DNA of 64,000 nt from Vulcanimicrobiota bacterium (GTDB lineage: Bacteria; Vulcanimicrobiota; Vulcanimicrobiia; Vulcanimicrobiales; Vulcanimicrobiaceae): positions 128,001 through 192,000 of the forward strand of contig CAWETW010000001.1 of NCBI GenBank assembly GCA_963812155.1. Direction: 5' to 3'. The notes under the pieces were generated by a model that was given only the letters and a program-made list of their open reading frames with translations, was not told where the DNA came from and ran no database searches. Positions 22,123 to 32,086 of the stretch are shown piece by piece. Positions within the stretch are counted from its first letter, which is position 1. Every line of letters starts with the position of its first letter. Position numbers and translations under genes: made by a program.

Positions 22123-23011
22123 TCTACTCGATCTCGACGATCTCGACGCCGACGAGCTGGCCTACGTTTTCGAGCGCACGCAGGCGTTCGAGAAGAAGCC
22201 GCCGGGGCCGCTGTTGCGCGGCACGGCCTGCATCAATTTGTTCTTCGAGCCGAGCACGCGGACGTTCACGTCGTTCAACCTCGCGCAGCTCCGCTTATCC
22301 GCCGACGTCGTCAACCTCTCGCCGCGCGATCTGAGCCTGACGACGAAAGGCGAGACGGTCGAGGACACCGCGGTGACGCTCGCCGCGATGGGCGTCGGCG
22401 TTCTCGTCGTACGCCATCCGGAGGCCGGCTTTCCGCAGCACATCGCAATGTCGTTCGACGGCCACGTCGTCAACGCGGGCGACGGCGGACACGCGCATCC
22501 GACGCAAGGACTGCTCGACATCTACACGCTGATCGAAGAATTCGGCGACCTCAGCGGGCGCACCGTCGCCATCGTCGGCGACGTCGCGCACAGTCGCGTC
22601 GCGCATTCGACGATTCGCGGTTTGCGCCGGCTGAATGCAAACGTCGCGCTGGTGGGGCCCGAGGCGTTTCTTCCGCTCGACTATGCTACCGAAGGAATTT
22701 CCGTCGAGCGCGACTTCGACGGGATTCTTCCGAACGTCGACGCCGTCGTGCTCCTGAGGATTCAACGCGAGCGCTTCGACGAGATGCCGCTCTCCGACGA
22801 AGAGTACGTCGCCAGGTACCGGCTGGACGCCCGCCGTTTGAAAATGCTGCGTTCCGACGCGGTCGTGATGCATCCCGGCCCGTACAACCGCGGGATGGAA
22901 CTCGACGACAGCGTGCTCGAGTTCGCCGGCTGGCGCTATCTCAAACAGGTGCGCAACGGCGTGTCGATCCGCATGGCCGTTCTCGATTTTCTCGTCAACG
23001 GCAGGCGATGA
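22106..23011 (+). CDS. pyrB: Aspartate carbamoyltransferase catalytic subunit
   Basis: FFEPSTRT, NAGDG.HAHPTQ, HSRVA, RIQRER, MHPGP. Confidence 0.97.
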   Translation: MRIRRSLLDLDDLDADELAYVFERTQAFEKKPPGPLLRGTACINLFFEPSTRTFTSFNLAQLRLSADVVNLSPRDLSLTTKGETVEDTAVTLAAMGVGVLVVRHPEAGFPQHIAMSFDGHVVNAGDGGHAHPTQGLLDIYTLIEEFGDLSGRTVAIVGDVAHSRVAHSTIRGLRRLNANVALVGPEAFLPLDYATEGISVERDFDGILPNVDAVVLLRIQRERFDEMPLSDEEYVARYRLDARRLKMLRSDAVVMHPGPYNRGMELDDSVLEFAGWRYLKQVRNGVSIRMAVLDFLVNGRR

Positions 23012-24302
23012 GCCGCGGCAGCCTGCTGATCAAGGGCGGCCGTCTGGTGGACCCGTCGCTGGCGCTCGACGCCGTGCGCGACGTGCGCATCGTCGGCGGC
23101 ATCGTGTACGCAATCGGTGAAGACCTCGCCGTCCGCGACGACGAGCCGGTTTTCGACGCGACCGGCGCGGTCGTCGCGCCGGGTTTCATCGACATGCACG
23201 TGCACCTGCGCGAGCCCGGATTCACCGAAAAGGAAACGATCGCCAGCGGTACGCGTGCGGCCGTCCGCGGCGGGTTTACCGCGGTCGCGTGCATGCCGAA
23301 CACGCGGCCGCCGCTCGACGACCCGGCCGCCGTCGAAGGCGTGCTGCGGCGAGCCGCCTCAGACGCAGCGTGCTCGGTCTATCCGATCGCCGCGATCACG
23401 CGCGGCCGTGCCGGAATGGAGCCGTGCGATTTCGGGGCGCTCGCGCACGCCGGTGCCGTGGCATTTTCCGACGACGGCGACAGCGTCGCCGATCCGCGCG
23501 TGCTGCGCGCAGCGGCGCTGGCAGCGCGCGACGTCGAGGGCGTCTTCATCTCGCACTGCGAGGATGCCGGACTCAAGGGCGACGGCGTCATGACCGAGGG
23601 TCAAACGTCGCGCGAACTCGGACTCGCCGGCAGTCCGGCGCTCGCCGAAGACGTCATCGTCGCGCGCGACCTGCTGATCGCCGGGGAGACGGGCAAGGCG
23701 TGGCACATCGCACATATCTCGCACGCGCATTGCGCTGGATCTCGTTCGCCAGGCGCGCGCGCGGGGGGTCGTCGCGACCTGCGAAGTGACGCCGCATCAT
23801 CTCAACTTGACGGCCGATTCGGTACGCGAACTGGGCGTCGCGCGCAAAGGTCAATCCGCCGCTGCGAACGCAAGACGACGTTCGCGCGCTTCGCGAAGCC
23901 GTGCGCGACGGAACGATCGATGCGTTCGCCACCGATCACGCACCGCACACTGCGGCGGAAAAATCGGCCGAGATCGACGGGGCGGCCGTCGGGTTTACCG
24001 GATTGGAGGTGGCCGTCGGAGCCTATGCACTCGCGTTGCCGGATCTTCCGGCGCTGCGCTTCGTCGAATTGCTCTCCGTCAATCCGGCGCGCATTCTCAA
24101 GGTCGAGGGCGGCACGCTGGCCGTCGGTTCGCGCGCCGACGTCACGATCTTCGCCGACCGGCCGTGGGTCGTCGATCCGGCGAGGTTTGCGTCGAAAGGA
24201 CGCGCGACGCCGTTCGAAGGCCGAACGCTGCCGCGTTGCGTTCTCGCGACCGTGGTCGCTGGAACGCTCGCATTCGACGCCCGCACCGAGGTGACGGCGT
24301 GA
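23008..24302 (+). CDS. pyrC: Dihydroorotase (two apparent +1 frameshifts, ~23722 and ~23843)
   Basis: DMHVHLREPG, MPNT, SDDG, EVTPHHL, KVNPPLR (after correction), ATDHAPH. Confidence 0.93.
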
Positions 24303-25388
24303 CGCATCCCGCGGCGCTCTTTCTGGCCGACGGCAGCCGCTTCGACGGACACGGGCTCGGGGTCACGGGTACCGCGTTGGGCGAGGCCGTTTTCTTTACG
24401 GGCATGACGGGCTATGAGGAAGCGCTGACCGACCCTTCGTATGCCGGACAGATTCTCACGTTCACCTATCCGATGATCGGCAACTACGGCATTTCCGGCG
24501 ATGCCGCACAATATTGGCGCGCCTGCGTCGCCGGCACGGTCATCAAGAACGTCGCATTTCATCCGTCGCACCATAGCTCGCGCACCGATCTTCCGTCGTG
24601 GCTCGACGAGCAACGGGTGCCGGCGCTCGTCGGCGCCGACACGCGTTCGATTACGATCGCGCTTCGCGAGCACGGCACGATTTGGGCCGCGCTCGCCGTC
24701 GGAGAAGACGAACTGGCGCAGGCCGACCGCCGGCTCGCGGAGTTCGTCCGCACGGCGGGAACCAAAGACCTCGTTCGGAGCGTTGCAACCAGCCGGCCCA
24801 CGCTCATCTCGGGAACCTCGGCCGCACGCGTCACGCTGCTCGATTGCGGCGTGAAGCGCGCCGTTCTCCGCGAACTCCAAGCTCTCGGCGCTGAGATAAC
24901 GGTGTTGCCGTACGATGCCACGCTCGACGACGTCATGGCCGCAAATCCGGACGCCATCGTCGTCTCTCCGGGTCCGGGCGATCCCACCGACTTGCCGCAG
25001 ACCGTGGAACTCTTGCGGCGTTTGTCGGCCGAAAAGCCGGTGTTCGGCATTTGCCTCGGCCATCAGTTGCTCGCGCTCGCGCACGGCGCGCGAACGTACA
25101 AACTTCCCTACGGACACCGCGGCGGCAATCAGCCGGTCAAAGACGTCGTCAACGGGCACGTGCTGATCACCGCGCACAATCACGGCTACGCCGTCGACGC
25201 GGAGTCGCTGCCCGACGAACTCGAAGCGACGATGGTCAATCTCAACGACGGCACGAACGAAGGGCTTCCGGCACCGCTCGCTGCCGGTGGCAGCCGTACA
25301 GTTTCATCCGGAAGCTTCGCCCGGACCGTTCGACGCGCGCGGACTGTTTTCAGAGTGGTTCGACTCCGCCGGCTTACCGCGCCGCTGA
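24299..25388 (+). CDS. carA: Carbamoyl-phosphate synthase small subunit (apparent +1 frameshift ~25263)
   Basis: [40 protein letters not shown] appears after removing one G; stop TGA 25386-25388. Confidence 0.95.
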
Positions 25389-26245
25389 TCGTCGCGCTCG
25401 CCGTCGCGGCGCTCGCGCCTCCGGTGGCCGCACAATCGCTGCAGCGACTGACCGTGCTATCGTTTGCGCTCGGCAGCGACACGACCGCGCCGGCCGCGGG
25501 CGTCCCGTTTCGGTTGATCGTAACGCTGCGAGTGCGCGAGCGCGTGACCCGCATCGACAACCTCGAACTGCCGCTGCTCGCCGAACTCGAGCTGCTCGGC
25601 GACGAACGCCATTTGAAAAGCGGCCCCGGCGGCACCGAGTATCGCGAAACGATTACCGTCGTCGCGCATCAGGCGGGCTCGATCTCCATCGCTCCGGCGC
25701 TGCTGCAAGCGGTCGACGCTCGCGACGGACGCGCGAAGCAGTATGCGACCAACGGGCTAGTCCTGCGCGTTGCCGGTGCCGCGCCGTCGCTGCAAGGCGC
25801 CGCAAGCGCCGCCGAAAACCTGACCGCGAGCGCGCTCAGGGTCGTGCTGCTGATTCTCGGCGTCGCGTGCGCCGTCGCGATCGTGGCGTTGCTCTTCCGC
25901 CGCCGGGCGCTCCCGGCGCCCCCTCCGGAACCGGCGATAGCTCAGCCCGTTTTGCCGCCCGCGCGCACCGTGCGTGACGAAATTGCCGACGCGCTGGCAG
26001 TGCTGAGCGCCGATCCGTCGCGCGCGACGGCGGTACGCGTTCGCAGCTTCGTTTGGAGCCTGCTCGGTGCGCAAGAGGGTGAAACGCTCTCAGACGTGCT
26101 CGTGCGACCGGCGGCGGGTACGTCCGTCATGCGCGAGCTGCTGCGCGCGCTCGAGCGCGCCGCGTTTACCTACGATGCCGATCTCTCCGCAGCGATCGCA
26201 AGCGCGCGCGCGGCGCTCGCACATTTTCTGGAGGTGATGACGTGA
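25355..26245 (+). CDS. Secreted/membrane protein, BatD-like
   Basis: GTG start, signal peptide ending VAA-Q, beta-rich domain, TM helix, helical tail; precedes MoxR-DUF58-VWA. Confidence 0.6.
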   Translation: MVRLRRLTAPLIVALAVAALAPPVAAQSLQRLTVLSFALGSDTTAPAAGVPFRLIVTLRVRERVTRIDNLELPLLAELELLGDERHLKSGPGGTEYRETITVVAHQAGSISIAPALLQAVDARDGRAKQYATNGLVLRVAGAAPSLQGAASAAENLTASALRVVLLILGVACAVAIVALLFRRRALPAPPPEPAIAQPVLPPARTVRDEIADALAVLSADPSRATAVRVRSFVWSLLGAQEGETLSDVLVRPAAGTSVMRELLRALERAAFTYDADLSAAIASARAALAHFLEVMT

Positions 26246-27213
26246 CGGCGCAACGCCCGGCCGATTTAAGTGCGGCGCTCTCGCAAACGATCGTAGGGCA
26301 GCGAGGCGTCGTCGAAGCGCTGCTGCTGGCGCTGCTCGCCGACGGACACGTTCTGCTCGAAGGACCGCCCGGGCTCGCCAAGACGCTGGCCTGCCGCTGC
26401 CTCGCGGCGGCGCTGGACGGCGTCTTCAAACGCATACAGTTCACGCCCGACTTGCTGCCGAGCGACATCGTCGGAACGCGGATTTTCGATCAGCACGAGG
26501 CGGCCTTTGCGACCGTCCTCGGACCGATCTTCGCCAACGTCGTGCTGGCCGACGAAATCAACCGCGCTCCCGCGAAAGTGCAATCGGCTTTACTCGAGGC
26601 AATGCAGGAACGCCAAGTCACCATCGGCCCGGAAACGCACGCGCTTCCCGACCCGTTCGTCGTCATGGCGACGATGAATCCGCTCGATGCCGAAGGGACG
26701 TACGCGTTGCCGGTCGCGCAGATGGACCGCTTCCTCATGAAGGTCAACGTGGGCTATCCGTCGGCCGATGAAGAGCTGCAGATCCTCGAACGCTTTGCGA
26801 TCGCAAGCGCACAGCCGCTGCGCGACGTCGCGTCGCTCGACGACGTTCGCGCGTGGCGCGGGCAGGCGCGCGCGGTGCACGTCGACGAGAAGCTCAAGCA
26901 CTATATCGTCGCGCTCGTCACCGCAACGCGCGATGCCGCCGGCATCCCGCTCCAACGCAGCAACGGTTCGCCGCTTGCGGCATCCGATTTCATCGAGTAC
27001 GGCGCGAGTCCGCGAGCGACGCTAGGCCTGACCAATTTGGCGCGCGCGCGAGCGCTGCTCGACGGTCGCGATTTCGCGCTTCCCGACGACGTGCGCGCGG
27101 TCGCGGCGCACGTTCTGCGGCATCGCATCGGTTTCAACTACCGTCTCGCCACCGAAGGACTCGCGGCGGACCGGATCATCGAAGCGATCGTCGCGGCGGT
27201 TCCCGCGCCGTGA
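26242..27213 (+). CDS. moxR: MoxR-family AAA+ ATPase
   Basis: GHVLLEGPPGLAKT, RIQFTPDLLPSD, DEINRAPAKVQSALLEAMQE, GASPRA. Confidence 0.93.
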   Translation: MTAQRPADLSAALSQTIVGQRGVVEALLLALLADGHVLLEGPPGLAKTLACRCLAAALDGVFKRIQFTPDLLPSDIVGTRIFDQHEAAFATVLGPIFANVVLADEINRAPAKVQSALLEAMQERQVTIGPETHALPDPFVVMATMNPLDAEGTYALPVAQMDRFLMKVNVGYPSADEELQILERFAIASAQPLRDVASLDDVRAWRGQARAVHVDEKLKHYIVALVTATRDAAGIPLQRSNGSPLAASDFIEYGASPRATLGLTNLARARALLDGRDFALPDDVRAVAAHVLRHRIGFNYRLATEGLAADRIIEAIVAAVPAP

Positions 27214-28037
27214 CGATCCGCGAGGCGCTGCTGCGCGGGCGGCGGCGCCCGCGCAATCTGGGCGCAGGCTCTCCGACGATCTATCGCGGCGACGGTTACG
27301 AGTTCGTCGAACTGCGCGCCTACGTTCCAGGTGACGACGTGCGCCGCATCGATTGGGCTGCAACGGCGCGCTCGGGCGATTTGCAGACGCGCGTCGTTCT
27401 GGAGGACGTCGCGCTGACGCTTGCCGCGATCGCCGACGCGTCGCCGTCGATGCACGTCGGCCGGCGGCGCCCGCTCATCACCGCGGTCCGCGAGGCGGTT
27501 GCTGCCTGGTTCGGCGCGGCGTCTTCCGACGACCGGTGCATCGCCGTTGGGGCCGACGCCGTTACGCCCCCGGCGCTGCAGCGGCGCGCTCATGCCGTCG
27601 TTGCATCGCTACCGTCGGGTTTCCAAGCGTTCGATCTCGAGCGCGCGTTTCGGACGGCACTCGGTGCGCTTCCGAGAGGAACCGCGCTACTCGCGCTCGG
27701 CGACTGGTACGAACTGCGGGAGACGCACGACGCGCTGTTGGCCGCGCTCGGCACGCGCTTCGACTGCACCGCGCTCGTGGCGCGCGACCCGTGGTACGAC
27801 GGTCTCCCGCTGCACGGCATCGTGCGCCTTCGCGGCGCCGAAGGCGGCAGCGTGCGCGCCTTCATCGGCGCGCGCGAACGCGCGGCGCACGCGCGCGCGG
27901 TGCGGCAACGCGAGAACGACGTGCTGGCGCGTTTTGCGCGCGCCGGCTGGCGCACGGGCGTGCTTCGCGAAGATGACGGCGCCGCGTCGTTGGCGGACGC
28001 GTTCGGGCTTCACGCGACCGGGGCCGCCGCGCGATGA
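27210..28037 (+). CDS. DUF58 domain protein
   Basis: GDGYEFVELRAYVPGDDVRRIDWAATAR; GTGA overlap with moxR. Confidence 0.9.
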   Translation: MTIREALLRGRRRPRNLGAGSPTIYRGDGYEFVELRAYVPGDDVRRIDWAATARSGDLQTRVVLEDVALTLAAIADASPSMHVGRRRPLITAVREAVAAWFGAASSDDRCIAVGADAVTPPALQRRAHAVVASLPSGFQAFDLERAFRTALGALPRGTALLALGDWYELRETHDALLAALGTRFDCTALVARDPWYDGLPLHGIVRLRGAEGGSVRAFIGARERAAHARAVRQRENDVLARFARAGWRTGVLREDDGAASLADAFGLHATGAAAR

Positions 28038-28954
28038 GCTTCGACCGCCCGCTCTGGCTCGCCGTCGCGATTGCGGCGGCCGCCGGATTCGCGATCCTTT
28101 ACGGTCGCCTGCAGCGGCGCGTCACCGAACGCGATCTCGCGTATTCGAACGTCGAGTTCTTCGCCGCAGCCGTTCGTCCGCGCGCGTGGATACCGCGCGC
28201 GCTGCAGGCGTTGTGGATTGTTGCCGTGGCCGTCGCGCTGTTGGCCGTCGCCGGCCCACACGTCACGCTGCCGATGCCGGCGCACGACGGCCGAGTCTTT
28301 CTCTGCATCGACACGTCGGGGTCGATGGCGTCGACGGACGTCACGCCGAGCCGCGCGGCGGCCGCAAAAGAGGCCGCCCGCGCGTTCATTTCCGAGACGC
28401 CGCCGGGAACGAAAATCGGCATCATTGCATTCTCCGGACAGGCCGGCGTCGTGCAGCCCTTGAGCGCCGATCGGCGCCAGGTCGCTGCGGCGCTCGACGA
28501 CGTTCCGCTGCCGGATGGTGCGACCGCGATCGGCGACGCGCTCAGACTCGCCGCGCAAAACCTTCCGGCCACCGGACACCGCGTCGTAATCCTCATCACC
28601 GACGGCGTCAATAATGCCGGAACCGATCCAATGGAGATCGCGCAGTGGATGGGCGCGCACCACATTCCGGTGTATACGATCGGCATCGGAACGCAAAACG
28701 GCGGCATCATTCCGGGAACCGGCGACGAGGCGACGATCGACGAAGACGCGCTGCGCGCATACGCGAACGCGAGCGGCGGCGCATACGCGCGCGCCGAGGA
28801 TGCCGGCCAACTCCGCGACGCGCTCGCGCGTCTCGGACGCATGACGGCGGTCGAGCGCACGACCGTCGACGCCTCGCTGGCGTTTGCGATCGCCGGCGCC
28901 TGCGGCATGCTGCTCGCGTTTCTCGCCGGCTTCGGTTTGGGCCGCTACCCGTGA
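28034..28954 (+). CDS. VWA domain membrane protein (BatA-like)
   Basis: MIDAS DTSGSM, TAIGDAL, ILITDG, VYTIGIG; N- and C-terminal TM helices. Confidence 0.9.
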   Translation: MSFDRPLWLAVAIAAAAGFAILYGRLQRRVTERDLAYSNVEFFAAAVRPRAWIPRALQALWIVAVAVALLAVAGPHVTLPMPAHDGRVFLCIDTSGSMASTDVTPSRAAAAKEAARAFISETPPGTKIGIIAFSGQAGVVQPLSADRRQVAAALDDVPLPDGATAIGDALRLAAQNLPATGHRVVILITDGVNNAGTDPMEIAQWMGAHHIPVYTIGIGTQNGGIIPGTGDEATIDEDALRAYANASGGAYARAEDAGQLRDALARLGRMTAVERTTVDASLAFAIAGACGMLLAFLAGFGLGRYP

Positions 28955-29559
28955 GACCGCCGGGCCGGAGGGACGTCAGCGCCGAGAGCGACCCGATCGA
29001 TCTCCTGCGGCGCTGGATCGACGATGCGGCCGACGCCGGAATCGCCGAGCCGGCGGCGATGTGTCTGGCCACCGCGGATGCGGCCGGACGACCGTCGGCG
29101 CGCTTCGTGCTGGCACGCGGCATCGACCGGGGCGGCGTGCGCTTCTTTACGTCGTATCTTAGCCGCAAAGGCTGCGAACTGGCGCAGAATCCGCGAGCCG
29201 CTGCCGTCTTTTATTGGGCGCCCTTGGCGCGCCAAGTTCGCCTCGAAGGGACGGTCGAGATACTTTCGGAGGAAGAGTCCGACGCCTATTTTGCCGCCCG
29301 TCCGCGCGGTCACCAAATCGCCGCGTGGGCGTCGGAACAGAGCGAACCCGTCGAATCCCGCGAACTCCTCGACGATCGGTACGCGCACTTCGAGGAGCGA
29401 TTGGCAGAAGAACCGGTCGCGCGCCCGCACTCGTGGGGCGGCTACGTCGTCAAGCCCGAGCGCCTCGAGTTCTGGGAAAGCCGCCCCAACCGCATGCACG
29501 ACCGGTTCGAGTTCGTGCTGACCGGCGGTGCGTGGGAACTCCGCCGCCTGCAGCCCTAG
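28951..29559 (+). CDS. pdxH: Pyridoxamine 5'-phosphate oxidase
   Basis: LATADAAGRPSAR, SRKG, RQVRLEG, WASEQS, RPHSWGGY, EFW..RPNRMHDR. Confidence 0.93.
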   Translation: MRPPGRRDVSAESDPIDLLRRWIDDAADAGIAEPAAMCLATADAAGRPSARFVLARGIDRGGVRFFTSYLSRKGCELAQNPRAAAVFYWAPLARQVRLEGTVEILSEEESDAYFAARPRGHQIAAWASEQSEPVESRELLDDRYAHFEERLAEEPVARPHSWGGYVVKPERLEFWESRPNRMHDRFEFVLTGGAWELRRLQP

Positions 29560-29563
29560 TGTC

Positions 29564-30010
29564 CTAGTTCAGTCGCGTTGCGTTCGGAACGGGACGCTTT
29601 TCGTCGAGATCGAGTAAGTCGAACCACGTCACGACGTCGTCCCGTCCGGGCGCGACCTCGTCGCGCAGCTTCGTAAAATAGTCGTAACTGTGCGAGCCGG
29701 GCTCGGGGTGCCAGCGCATCCGCTGCGTGTTGAACGTCTCGATCTCCGCCGGCGTCTTCTTGGAAAGCAGCTCCGAGCGCACCCATTGCTCGACGGCATC
29801 GTCGGTTTTCAGTTCTTCGACTTTCTTTGCGAACGTCGTGCCGTCGGTGCCCAGAAACTCAAAGAGCGGCTTGTCGTGCGGGCAGTCGTAGTCGTATTCG
29901 CCCAACGTCCCTTCGTTGTGCGCGCGTGCCTTGTCGAGGGTGCGCTTGAGCGACACCAATCCGGCCATCTTGTCTTTGGCGCTGCGAGGCGCCGTCGTCG
30001 TGAGGTTCAT
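29564..30010 (-). CDS. DUF5069-like protein
   Basis: PRS...AGL..L.RTLDKARA...GTLGEYDYDCP.D..LF.FLG and C-terminal TWFDLLDLDE. Confidence 0.75.
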   Translation of the reverse strand: MNLTTTAPRSAKDKMAGLVSLKRTLDKARAHNEGTLGEYDYDCPHDKPLFEFLGTDGTTFAKKVEELKTDDAVEQWVRSELLSKKTPAEIETFNTQRMRWHPEPGSHSYDYFTKLRDEVAPGRDDVVTWFDLLDLDEKRPVPNATRLN

Positions 30011-30101
30011 TCCGGCGTTATACCCGGTCGCAGCCAAAGCGACCCCTAGGAGAGCGCCTGCTGGCGTGAGGACTCTCCGCGGGGGAAACGAATAGTCCAC
30101 C

Positions 30102-31442
30102 GTGGTGCGAATTATCGTCGCCTTGACGTGCGCGCTCGTTTTTGCGTCGTGCGCCGTCCAATCCCAAGAGCCCGCCGTTCCGGGCGATCGCGCGAACGGC
30201 GCCATGGACCCGAATCGCTTCCACTCGCCGATTAAGCACGTCGTGATCCTCGTCCAGGAAAATCGGACCTCGGACTATCTCTTCCAAAACGTCCCCGGCG
30301 CCGACATCGCAAAGACGGCAATCGACTGGCACGGCCACGTCGTCGCGTTAAAGCCGATGTCGTTGGCCGCACCCTACGACCTCGATCACGGGCACGGCGC
30401 CTTCGTTCGCGATTACGACGGCGGAAGGATGGACGGCTTCGACAAGGCGCTGACCCAGACGCAAAAACAGGGCGGCGGCCCGTTCCGTTACGCACCGCGC
30501 AGCGAAGTTCGACCCTATCTCGCGTTGGCGACCCAGTACGTTTTCGCCGACCGGATGTTCCAGAGCGATCAGGCCGGAAGCTTTCCGTCCCATCAGTATC
30601 TGATCAGCGGGTCGTCGGCCGCGCTGCCGCTCACGCCGTTCGACGACTCGAGCGATCCTTTCGACAAAGTCACCCTCGAGAAGGGAGACGCGGGCTGCGA
30701 CGCGCGCAAGGACGTCGTCGTGAATACGATCAACCCGCACAACGGAGCCCCCGGGCCGACGCCCTTTCCATGCTTCGATCGACCGGTGCTCTCCGATTTT
30801 CTCGACCAGCGCGGCGTGTCGTGGCGCTACTATCAGAACCATCTCGGTCCGGGTCTGTGGCACGCCTTCGACGCGATCTCGCACGTGCGCTACGGCCGCG
30901 ACTACGCCAACGTCGTGACGCCGCCGGAGACGGTTCTCGCCGACGCGCGTCACGGCGCGCTTGCGGGCGTCTCCTGGGTGATGCCCGCCGACGCTAAGCA
31001 CTCCGACCACGCGAACAGTGAAAGCGCCGCGGGGCCGTCGTGGGTCGCCGCCGTGGTCAATGCAATCGGCCAAGGCCCTGAGTGGAACTCGACGGCGATT
31101 TTCATTACGTGGGACGACTGGGGCGGATGGTACGATCACGTTTCGCCCCATCAGTATTCGAACTACTTCGAACTCGGCTTTCGCGTGCCGCTCGTCGTCG
31201 TTTCACCGTACGCGAAGAAAGGTTACGTCTCGCACGTCGACCACGAGTTCGGCAGCATCTTGGCGTTTTGCGAACGGGTTTTCGGCATTTCAAAAGGAGC
31301 GCTCCACTCCACCGACGTGCGCGCCGACGCCTTGATGGACGCGTTCGATTTCACGCAGTCTCCGCGCACGTTCGTACGCATCGTCGCACATCGCTTCGTC
31401 CCGGCGCGCGACGACGGGGCGGCATCCGCGGAGGATCCGTAA
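30102..31442 (+). CDS. Phosphoesterase / phospholipase C family lipoprotein
   Basis: IKHVVILVQENRT.D, SFPSHQ, ITWDDWGGWYDHV, GFRVPLVVVSPYAK; lipobox FASC. Confidence 0.9.
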   Translation: MVRIIVALTCALVFASCAVQSQEPAVPGDRANGAMDPNRFHSPIKHVVILVQENRTSDYLFQNVPGADIAKTAIDWHGHVVALKPMSLAAPYDLDHGHGAFVRDYDGGRMDGFDKALTQTQKQGGGPFRYAPRSEVRPYLALATQYVFADRMFQSDQAGSFPSHQYLISGSSAALPLTPFDDSSDPFDKVTLEKGDAGCDARKDVVVNTINPHNGAPGPTPFPCFDRPVLSDFLDQRGVSWRYYQNHLGPGLWHAFDAISHVRYGRDYANVVTPPETVLADARHGALAGVSWVMPADAKHSDHANSESAAGPSWVAAVVNAIGQGPEWNSTAIFITWDDWGGWYDHVSPHQYSNYFELGFRVPLVVVSPYAKKGYVSHVDHEFGSILAFCERVFGISKGALHSTDVRADALMDAFDFTQSPRTFVRIVAHRFVPARDDGAASAEDP

Positions 31443-31493
31443 CGGTCTCGCGGTCGCTTGCATGGCGGCGGCTGCCTTGGGTAAGAGCACGGC

Positions 31494-31782
31494 ATGAGCC
31501 ACACGAGCATGCACGACGCGGAGCCGAGCGAACGCCGGCTCACGCTCAACCTCACCTTTCACGGCGTCGCCCGGCAAAACGAACCCCTCGGAGAAAGCGT
31601 CGCGTACCGTCTCGATCCGGTAGGATTCTGGGACGAACGCAGCGCCGGAGGTGCCGGGGAAGACCCGACGCCGAAAAATTACCGAAACCGTTGCCCGCAC
31701 GCTCGCCGAGCATTTCGACGCCGCCGAGCTGCGCGCCGTACTCTCACACCTGACCGCACTTGCGAAGTACCTGCCAACGTGA
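31494..31782 (+). CDS. Small hypothetical protein (apparent +1 frameshift ~31641-31670)
   Basis: Shifted frame reads KITETVARTLAEHFDAAELRAVLSHLTALAKYLPT-stop, ending in a GTGA overlap with the next gene. Confidence 0.5.
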
Positions 31783-32048
31783 CCGGCTGGTCGCAGCGCG
31801 TCACGCGCACGAGCAACGCACTCGATTTGGAGGCGGGCGTTTTCGAAAAAGACGACCCGCGCGCAATTGCGCGTTCGCTGAAACGTTCCGCCGAACACAG
31901 CACGCGGCGCAAGTCCTCCCCATACCGCTCCGCAATGTCGATGCTCACGTTCTACGTCAACCGCGCCGGGAAAACGATGACGAAGAAGCGGCGCGAGGTG
32001 CTCGAGCGAGCAAAAACCTGTTTGCGCGAGGAGTTCGGGCGAGAGTAG
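31779..32048 (+). CDS. DUF3175 domain protein
   Basis: WSQRVT..SNALDLE.GVF...DP..IA.SLKRSAE.S.RRKS.PYRSAMSMLTFY.NRAG. Confidence 0.85.
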   Translation: MTGWSQRVTRTSNALDLEAGVFEKDDPRAIARSLKRSAEHSTRRKSSPYRSAMSMLTFYVNRAGKTMTKKRREVLERAKTCLREEFGRE

Positions 32049-32086
32049 GAGTCGCCGCTCGAGCGGGCTAATACAGCGGCCCGAGC

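Noticed and set aside
9503..25388. Programmed frameshifting or true pseudogenisation of pstS, valS, pyrC, carA
   Set aside because: No slippery motifs, uniform +1 direction and hits in essential genes favour sequencing error
23786..26245. 819-aa ORF suggesting a CarA fusion to a secreted BatD-like protein
   Set aside because: Produced by +1 insertions; CarA's QFHPE motif and own stop (25388) lie in the next frame, and the downstream part has its own signal peptide
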